From sequence record NC_135730.1: 64,000 nt of DNA; one strand, written 5' to 3'. This document shows, piece by piece, positions 57,400 to 64,000 of this stretch. The notes below the pieces were generated by a model. The model made no database searches. It worked only from the letters and a program-made list of their open reading frames with translations, and was not told where the DNA came from. The stretch is from a phage. The first letter of the stretch is position 1. Each line of letters begins with the position of its first letter. Position numbers and translations under genes: made by a program.

Positions 57400-58262
57400 A
57401 GTTCTTACGAGGTGTATACCTTGTATTTAACGACGGAGACGGCAAATATAACCGGAATAAGTGTAACTACTTAAGCGAGATCACCGGACGCAACGTTTTC
57501 TATTGCCGGAACACGGATCTGGTGAAAGAGTTTAAAGAGGCGGCACACCATCCGTTCTTTGCAGATACGGTCAAATTGTTATCGGAGCTTCCACGCCGAC
57601 CTGCGAAGAAAGGTGAAACCAAAACTCGTTACGAGCCAGGCTACTGGGTTAAGAAGCTTAGAGAGGATGGCTACTTCCATCGTGAGCGCCTCACGAAGGC
57701 AGAGTTCAAGAAGATTAAGCATTGCATCCCTTATGAGGGGGATATCCAACGGGGAAGCTGCTGGCTGGGCCAGATGAGTAACATCTACCAGCAAAATTAT
57801 GACCGTGTGCGTGCTGCACTCCAGATTCCTGAAGGTGAAGATCTGTACCTGGTATCAGAATCTCGTCTGCTTTGGACTGATCCTGATTGCCAGTATGTTA
57901 CAGAGAAGAATGTGGAACATTTGTTGAAAGAGGATGCTTGGAAATTCTTACTGACTCGCGCAGCAAATGAAACTTCATATGACAGCCTGTATAGACAATT
58001 AGGGAAAATTATCCCCATGCAGGATTTTGGAAATTATCGGCCACATTTCCACAAGTGGGAAGGTAACACCGCGTGGAAGCACAGTGAGCTAAATCATCGT
58101 GCCAAAATCTTAATCGCCAACCGGGTTAAGTGCGGGAAGGCCTATATTGCAAGATTGGAAAAGAAATATCCACTTTTGAAGCATGTGGGCTTGAAATATT
58201 GGGACACTCCTGCTATGATTGAATACCGTGAACTGATCGATACAAAGAATAACATCAAATAA
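57400..58262 (+). CDS. hypothetical protein, post-gap portion (possibly the C-terminal part of the GHKL ATPase gene)
   Basis: Open frame from the gap to the stop at 58262; reading-frame relationship to the upstream ORF cannot be determined across the gap. Confidence 0.35.
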
Positions 58263-58272
58263 GGAGACCAAG

Positions 58273-59478
58273 ATGATTTTCATCTACGAACATTTCAAAA
58301 CCCGTAAAGAAGCACGAGACCGCCGTGCAGAACTTGAGAAGAAGGGTTTCACATGTGCCATTGAGAAAGGCGACACAACCTGGACACTGGCAGTTGGTGC
58401 CCCAGAGTTGTTCGATCCTGACCGTGACAGCGTCTGCTACACCCGTGAGGATTTTGAAACCCGCGAAGAGGCCCGTTTATTTCGATACGGTCTGGAAGAT
58501 AACGGTAAGTACGCTATGATCTTAGATTTAGGCGAAGGTTCCGTTAAACGTTGGGGCGTGGTATACCCACTGTGTGTTGTTCACGGTGTGGGGTTCACTG
58601 GGGTAGCAATCAAGTCAGAAGAACCTTTAGTAGAAGTCAAAGATCCGGTGCTGGAGGTGGTGAGCAGTGTGTCTCAGCAACAGTCTCGAAGCATCGAGCC
58701 TTTGGTAGTTATTTGTGGGGAACTCCTCCAGATCACCTGCAACGAAGGCATTTTTGAAATTCGCCGCAGCGAAAGTGAGGAAGTTTACCAGAAAGTCTTC
58801 GACCATATCTCTGTTCAGGAATATGATGAGGCAATTGGTGAAATCCTTGTCTGGCTGGAACGCAAGAATGAGTTCACCACACTTGCAGACAACCTGATCA
58901 TGAAAGATGGCAAGCTCTACTACTACGGTGTAGAGATGCGATCCACCATTGCAAAGAAAATTGAGAAAGATTATGCAGACGGAACGCTGGATGACCGCTA
59001 TGTGAAATTCCTCGTTCGCCTGCTACGCAATCCTTCTGCAAAATCTGTAAACATGCTCTACGATTTTATGCAGGCCAACGATATCCAGATTGCAGAAGAT
59101 GGTCGAATCATTTGCTACAAAGGGGTTCAGTTTAACGGCAGCAAGTGGGTGGATTGGCACAGTGGTAAAGTTCCACAATACCAGGGTGCTTTTGTATCCA
59201 TGCCTCGTAACTTTGTAGAGGATGATCCTGAAGCTGCGTGCTCCTATGGCTTACACTGCGCCAGCAAGGAGTATGCAAAGAGCTACGGCACTGTAATGAC
59301 TGTTATGGTTGATCCTGCAGATGTGGTTAGTGTGCCATACCAACACAATAGCGCTAAATGCCGTGCATGCCGCTATGAGATTGTGGTAGCTCCGGAAGCA
59401 CGCAAAGATGGAGACCCTATTGAATATGTAGTTGATCGTGACGGTAATACTATCGACATTCTTTACGAGGAGGCGTAA
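58273..59478 (+). CDS. hypothetical protein with two N-terminal ~45-aa tandem repeats
   Basis: Repeats EHFKTRKEARDRRAELEKKGFTCAIEKGDTTWTL and EDFETREEARLFRYGLEDNGKYAMILDLGEG; RBS AAGGAGA. Confidence 0.35.
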   Translation: MIFIYEHFKTRKEARDRRAELEKKGFTCAIEKGDTTWTLAVGAPELFDPDRDSVCYTREDFETREEARLFRYGLEDNGKYAMILDLGEGSVKRWGVVYPLCVVHGVGFTGVAIKSEEPLVEVKDPVLEVVSSVSQQQSRSIEPLVVICGELLQITCNEGIFEIRRSESEEVYQKVFDHISVQEYDEAIGEILVWLERKNEFTTLADNLIMKDGKLYYYGVEMRSTIAKKIEKDYADGTLDDRYVKFLVRLLRNPSAKSVNMLYDFMQANDIQIAEDGRIICYKGVQFNGSKWVDWHSGKVPQYQGAFVSMPRNFVEDDPEAACSYGLHCASKEYAKSYGTVMTVMVDPADVVSVPYQHNSAKCRACRYEIVVAPEARKDGDPIEYVVDRDGNTIDILYEEA

Positions 59479-60848
59479 TGGAAAAAGGGCAGTATGATGT
59501 AGGCACAGATGCTGCCCTCGTTGCAATCATGAGCGGTGAGAATGTCTTCGTTTCAGGACCCGCAGGTTGTGGGAAGACGTACCTCATCAACATGATCCAG
59601 TCAATGTATGGAGACTCTTGCATAACGGTTGCCCCGACAGGGGTAGCCGCTTTAAACGTTAATGGAGCAACAGCACACCGAACCTTCGATCTTGCAGCAG
59701 GTGTGAGCATGGAGTCGGACTGGACCGCAATAAGGGCAAAAACAGCAAAGCCTTTGAAAAGCAAGGCATTTACCATCCTAATTATCGATGAAATCTCTAT
59801 GATTCGTGCTGATAAGTTTATAGAGATGGATAGGAAACTCCGCTTCCTTCGAAAAAATGACAAACCTTTCGGGGGCATACAGGTCATATTGTTTGGCGAT
59901 TTTTACCAGGCACCTCCTGTTGTCTCTTCTATGGAGAAGGAAGCCTACTTCAACTTCTACCATACGGACCTGTGTTGCTATACCGAATCTTGGAAAGAGC
60001 TTGACCTCCACAACATAGCCCTAATAGATCAGTTCCGACAGGAGTCTATTCGATTTGCTACAATGCTCAACTGTGTTCGTGAGGGTCGTCGCATAAAAGA
60101 GGTTGTAGCAGAACTTAATGCTCGCTGTTACAAAGGAGGTGTACCAACAGACGCTCTCACAATTTGCGCCACCAACAAACAAGCAGAGGAAGTGAACAGA
60201 AGGTTCTATGATGCCATCAACGCCCCAGAGAAGGTATACACTGGTGAAATGAAGGGTAAGTTTCCCTCCACCCTGCCAGTTGAGCAGGAGATGAAGTTGA
60301 AAATTGGCATGAAAGTTATGATAACCGCCAACGATGTTGACCCGACGCACAAAGTACCTTATTATGTTAACGGAACACGTGCCACAATTGTTAAATTTAA
60401 GAACAAGGCGGTGGTGGTAGAGCTTGAAGATGGAACACAGGTTGACATAGAGCAGAGGTTGTGGGAGAATAACGAGTATAAGCCCTCTCAGAGATACAAC
60501 ATTGCAGAAAGGAAGATGGAGAAGTTTATAGAGAGGGTAGTGATTGGGTCATACAAGCAACTTCCTCTGAAATCTGGGTACGCCGTAACATCTCATAAAA
60601 GTCAAGGACTTACGCTAGATTGTTACAACCTAGACCTTGGAAAGAACGGAGCTTTCTCTCCTGGGATGACGTATGTCGCTTTGAGTAGAGTTAAGACAAT
60701 ACAAGGAATAAACTTGTTGCGTCCACTAAGAGAAGTTGACATTATTGTTGACCCGCGAGTCGTAGAGTTTTACAATACAACATTCCCTGACTTAGACAAA
60801 ATTGTCAGGAAAGATTTTGAAACCAGAGCAGAAGAGGGGGACGTATGA
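59478..60848 (+). CDS. SF1 DNA helicase (PIF1 / RecD / Dda-like)
   Basis: Walker A GPAGCGKTY, motif VAPTGVAA, Walker B IIDEISMI, GDFYQAPPV. Confidence 0.6.
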   Translation: MEKGQYDVGTDAALVAIMSGENVFVSGPAGCGKTYLINMIQSMYGDSCITVAPTGVAALNVNGATAHRTFDLAAGVSMESDWTAIRAKTAKPLKSKAFTILIIDEISMIRADKFIEMDRKLRFLRKNDKPFGGIQVILFGDFYQAPPVVSSMEKEAYFNFYHTDLCCYTESWKELDLHNIALIDQFRQESIRFATMLNCVREGRRIKEVVAELNARCYKGGVPTDALTICATNKQAEEVNRRFYDAINAPEKVYTGEMKGKFPSTLPVEQEMKLKIGMKVMITANDVDPTHKVPYYVNGTRATIVKFKNKAVVVELEDGTQVDIEQRLWENNEYKPSQRYNIAERKMEKFIERVVIGSYKQLPLKSGYAVTSHKSQGLTLDCYNLDLGKNGAFSPGMTYVALSRVKTIQGINLLRPLREVDIIVDPRVVEFYNTTFPDLDKIVRKDFETRAEEGDV

Positions 60849-61186
60849 GTTTGTGGAGAAATATCGTTAACTACGTGTGTGGCAATCCAACTCCTGAAGA
60901 GAAGGATGTTGTGATTCACGATTTTACTAAAAGATCTCGTGAAAAAGATCTACTGCTAACAAAGGTGACTGATAAAGATCCTGCAGTAGGGGACTGGGCA
61001 GGTTTTGCGTTTACATCGGACAAATACACCTTTAACAAAGGTGACTATCTTGTTGTGGATTTTAACGAAGACATCGAGGGTGCTGAACCTTACTATCAGA
61101 CCCTTATCGTTGCAGGGTGTGTTGATCTCTCTGCAGGTATGCACAGTTTGATTCTTTTTGAGCTTGACTCTGAAGACCTCCAGTAG
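60845..61186 (+). CDS. hypothetical protein
   Basis: 113-aa ORF overlapping the helicase stop by 4 nt. Confidence 0.35.
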   Translation: MSLWRNIVNYVCGNPTPEEKDVVIHDFTKRSREKDLLLTKVTDKDPAVGDWAGFAFTSDKYTFNKGDYLVVDFNEDIEGAEPYYQTLIVAGCVDLSAGMHSLILFELDSEDLQ

Positions 61187-61192
61187 TAAGAT
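61164..61192 (+). promoter_or_regulatory. candidate promoter for the methyltransferase gene
   Basis: TTGACT -17- TAAGAT overlapping the 3' end of the upstream ORF. Confidence 0.35.
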
Positions 61193-61203
61193 GTAAGTAT
61201 AAA

Positions 61204-61221
61204 GGGGAGGCACTCCTCCCC
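61204..61221 (+). promoter_or_regulatory. perfect GC-rich hairpin in the methyltransferase 5' leader
   Basis: GGGGAGG-cact-CCTCCCC, 7-bp stem, no 3' U-run on the plus strand; lies between the candidate promoter and the RBS. Confidence 0.3.
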
Positions 61222-61247
61222 ACAAAAACTAAGGAGAGCACCAAACG

Positions 61248-62573
61248 ATGAGTAAAACCAAATTAGAACTTACCTGGATAGGTAAAAACGAGCGCAAAAA
61301 GTTAGAGCCGCACATTTTGTTAGAAGATTCTAGCAAGTCTTACCACAGCCAGAAAGTGACCGAAAACGATATTTTTGATAATAAACTGATTTTTGGAGAT
61401 AACTTATTAGCATTGAAGGCGCTAGAGCAAGAGTACGCAGGCAAAGTGAAGTGTGTTTACATAGACCCACCATTCAATACCGGGAGGGCTTTTGAGCACT
61501 ACGATGATAGCCTGGAGCATTCCATTTGGCTGGGCTTAATGAGGGATAGGTTAGAAATAATTCGTAATCTTCTAAGTGATGATGGGGTAATATTCGTTCA
61601 CTTAGATGATTGCGAAATGGCGTATTTAAAAGTTTTGATGGACGAGATTTTTGGTCGTGCAAATCAGTTAAATACCATATCGATGACCACAAATTCCCCT
61701 TCGGGATTTAAGGCAACGGGAGCCACAGTTTTCTCCACAGCAAACTTTTTGCTTGTATATGCAAAAGATCGCACCCAGAAACCGCTTAACAAAATCTATA
61801 TACCTAAAGGGTATGATACCGGATATAACAAATACCTATTAAACCCGGATGATCATTATAAAAATTGGACGTGGTGCGGTATTGCCGATGCGTTTGCAAA
61901 GGCCAATGGCTACAAAGATGCAAAAGAAGCCAAGAAAAAACTGCCTGACACATTCGAGGATGAATTAGCACAATTTGCAATTGATAATGCAGAACGTGTA
62001 TTTCAATCTGTTGCAATTGGTGGTGGTGCTAAAATAAAGAGAAAAGAAACTATAGAGAAGTCAAAGAAAGATAGGGATAAGGTTTATGTACATCCAAATG
62101 AGGATGTTGAAGGATTTTATATCGCAAATGGTAGGCAAATGGTCTTTTACTCCAACAGGCTTTTGGAAATTGACGGTGATATGCAACCTGCGGAACTAAT
62201 AACTGATGTTTGGACAGACATTAGTTGGAATGGAATAGCAAATGAAGGCGGCGTTAGTTTCAAAAATGGTAAAAAACCAGAAGCGCTTTTGAAGCGGATT
62301 TTCGAAATGTGTACGCGAGAAGGTGATTTGGTATTGGATTCATTCGGTGGTTCGGGAACTACTGCCGCTGTAGCTCACAAGATGAAAAGACGTTGGATCT
62401 CCATCGAGATCGGTGATCATTGCCATACCCATATTATTCCGCGCTTGGAAAAAGTGATCGATGGGGAAGATCAAGGTGGTATTTCTAAGTCTGTAAACTG
62501 GCAAGGTGGTGGTGGCTTCCGTTATTACAAACTTGCCCCGACCTTAATTGCGAAAGATAAGTCTGATCAATAA
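61248..62573 (+). CDS. DNA methyltransferase, beta-class (N6-adenine or N4-cytosine)
   Basis: Motif IV IDPPFNTG precedes motif I LDSFGGSGTT with a long intervening region; RBS AAGGAGAG. Confidence 0.65.
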   Translation: MSKTKLELTWIGKNERKKLEPHILLEDSSKSYHSQKVTENDIFDNKLIFGDNLLALKALEQEYAGKVKCVYIDPPFNTGRAFEHYDDSLEHSIWLGLMRDRLEIIRNLLSDDGVIFVHLDDCEMAYLKVLMDEIFGRANQLNTISMTTNSPSGFKATGATVFSTANFLLVYAKDRTQKPLNKIYIPKGYDTGYNKYLLNPDDHYKNWTWCGIADAFAKANGYKDAKEAKKKLPDTFEDELAQFAIDNAERVFQSVAIGGGAKIKRKETIEKSKKDRDKVYVHPNEDVEGFYIANGRQMVFYSNRLLEIDGDMQPAELITDVWTDISWNGIANEGGVSFKNGKKPEALLKRIFEMCTREGDLVLDSFGGSGTTAAVAHKMKRRWISIEIGDHCHTHIIPRLEKVIDGEDQGGISKSVNWQGGGGFRYYKLAPTLIAKDKSDQ

Positions 62574-62586
62574 AGAGTACAATCAA

Positions 62587-62892
62587 ATGATGAAACGTTA
62601 TAAACCATACACTTTTGAAATCGATTTCGAACTTGACGATATGTTCACTGTAGAAGCTCAGGCAGTTGTCCAGTTGCCAGACCCGGAGTGCCGTGATTCT
62701 GATGTTGACTATTACGGATTTAGACAGATCACTGATGTGCATGTTTACCACAACGGTGAAGAGGTGGACTTCCACCAACTGCCAAACGATATTCGCCACT
62801 CAATTTACAAACGTGCAGCCCGTGAACTAGAGTCCTATCTGGATGCAGCGACGACAGCAGCTGCATTTGCTGAAGAAGTGGGAGGTTTCTGA
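62587..62892 (+). CDS. hypothetical protein
   Basis: First ATG after the methyltransferase stop (track start 62548 overlaps the upstream gene); weak RBS. Confidence 0.3.
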   Translation: MMKRYKPYTFEIDFELDDMFTVEAQAVVQLPDPECRDSDVDYYGFRQITDVHVYHNGEEVDFHQLPNDIRHSIYKRAARELESYLDAATTAAAFAEEVGGF

Positions 62893-63287
62893 TGATTACA
62901 GGTGTGAAGATTATCCAATACCACTTAACCAAATTGGAAGATGCTGAAAAAGAGCTTGCAGAAGTTCTAAATAGTGGATATACTTTGCTATCATGCGCCT
63001 GCTCAGACACCTACGCTGTGTGGACACTTATCTGGAAGGAGGAGCCTGCAGGGATCTTGGTGCCAAACCCTAAGATTATCAGTGAAGTGGAGGACTGCTC
63101 TCAGGACGGCCTGTCAGAAGACTGGGAAGCATGGGAAGGTGGTGAAAACCCTGCACCAGGTAAGTGGGTAAAATACAAACTACGTAGCGGTGCACAGCAC
63201 GCTGGATACTCTGATAACCTGGACTGGAGTCATTCTTCACCGGAATCATTGGTAAGTGCATATGATATCGTTGCTTTTCAGGAATAA
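62892..63287 (+). CDS. hypothetical protein
   Basis: 131-aa ORF; start overlaps the upstream stop. Confidence 0.35.
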   Translation: MITGVKIIQYHLTKLEDAEKELAEVLNSGYTLLSCACSDTYAVWTLIWKEEPAGILVPNPKIISEVEDCSQDGLSEDWEAWEGGENPAPGKWVKYKLRSGAQHAGYSDNLDWSHSSPESLVSAYDIVAFQE

Positions 63288-63299
63288 GGAGAGAGTGTT

Positions 63300-63782
63300 A
63301 TGTCAGATTTTATGTGGAAAGTAGGTTATGCCTCTCCTGAAATGTGCGAGGCTTGCTTTGTAAAAATAGGCCGCGAGGATATTGACAAAGTGATCTTTAA
63401 GTTTCGTGATGTATCTGTGATCGGCAACCGAGTGCTTAAGCACTTAAAGAATCTGAAGCTCACCAAAAAGAAGTTCTTCGGACTTTTCGAAGAGAAAGTT
63501 GATGCTTGGACCCATTGCATTCAGGAAGCTAAATCTCACTACAGTGCTATCGTTACCCCAGAACGGGTAGCCAAGATGGAAGGATTCATCAACAGCACAG
63601 AGTTTGAGTGCCTAAAGGCTGCCCTTAATAGTTATCCAAAGTGCCTCAAACACCTTGACAAGTATGTAGAAAAGGATGGGGAAATGTATCTCACCCTGGA
63701 TGCATACTATGAGATGCAAGAAATTTTAAATTTAGATTTGACATTGGTATCCACCGAGTATACAATAGGTATCCGGGTTTAA
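63300..63782 (+). CDS. hypothetical protein
   Basis: 160-aa ORF with RBS AGGAGAGAG; followed by a terminator. Confidence 0.35.
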   Translation: MSDFMWKVGYASPEMCEACFVKIGREDIDKVIFKFRDVSVIGNRVLKHLKNLKLTKKKFFGLFEEKVDAWTHCIQEAKSHYSAIVTPERVAKMEGFINSTEFECLKAALNSYPKCLKHLDKYVEKDGEMYLTLDAYYEMQEILNLDLTLVSTEYTIGIRV

Positions 63783-63788
63783 CACTAG

Positions 63789-63816
63789 GTCCTGCCCGAA
63801 AGGGTGGGGCTTTTTG
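63789..63816 (+). terminator. intrinsic terminator
   Basis: CCTGCCC-gaaa-GGGTGGGGC hairpin (with wobble pairs) followed by TTTTT. Confidence 0.45.
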
Positions 63817-64000
63817 CATTAGGAGACAGCAAATTGAAATTTATCTATAAAGAACACTACCACAAAGGTGTTGTGTGGAGTCTATTTGACGGATCTGGCG
63901 GTGCAGTCATTGACTAGGCAAAAGCTGGATATCTGTGCCTGTGCTTTAACGCAGAAGGTGCTGACCACGGCAGTTATGCAGAGGTGATCACCGATCATCC

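Noticed and set aside
63826-63909. 27-codon TTG-initiated ORF after the last terminator
   Set aside because: Too short and TTG-initiated; cannot be supported without comparative data.
1-64000. tRNA genes, rRNA, integrase/att sites, IS elements
   Set aside because: Intergenic regions longer than 60 bp (9409-9570, 23602-23700, 29109-29213, 45173-45340, 63783-64000) show no tRNA-like T-arm or acceptor features, and no recombinase or transposase motifs were seen in any ORF; this is visual inspection only.

Overview
This 64 kb window reads as part of a tailed-phage (Caudoviricetes) genome with three blocks. (1) Positions 5-44305, plus strand: a late structural operon running portal, XkdF-like protein, scaffold, lambda gpD-like decoration protein, lambda gpE-like major capsid protein, connector proteins, sheath-like and tube-like tail proteins, tail assembly chaperone with a candidate -1 frameshift, tape measure, baseplate-like genes (gpV-like spike, gp25-like, Baseplate_J-like, gpI-like), a lambda J-like tip protein, several tail fibres and a 1878-aa Ig-like protein. 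It is punctuated by intrinsic terminators, most followed directly by sigma70-like promoters with an extended -10 (TGnTAAAAT). (2) Positions 44353-51513, minus strand: a convergent block of 16 mostly small genes, including four tandem paralogs, a HAD-type phosphatase, a metallopeptidase/VWA protein and an HNH-like protein. (3) Positions 51656-63782, plus strand: an early/DNA-metabolism block with a MoxR-like AAA+ ATPase, a secreted SleB-type cell-wall hydrolase, a GHKL-type ATPase interrupted by a 10-N assembly gap (57390-57399), an SF1 helicase and a beta-class DNA methyltransferase. Blocks 2 and 3 diverge from a promoter region at 51545-51615; blocks 1 and 2 converge on a bidirectional terminator at about 44321-44349. 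I found no rRNA, tRNA, CRISPR array, integrase or IS element. The candidates I would look at first for novelty are the siphovirus-type tip module sitting inside a contractile-type baseplate operon, the gap-split GHKL ATPase, and the four-gene paralog array in the minus-strand block. All product names come from reading motifs in the translations, not from database searches; coordinates follow the ORF track, with starts moved where an ATG with a ribosome-binding site was better supported, and promoter/terminator coordinates are counted by hand and may be off by a base or two.
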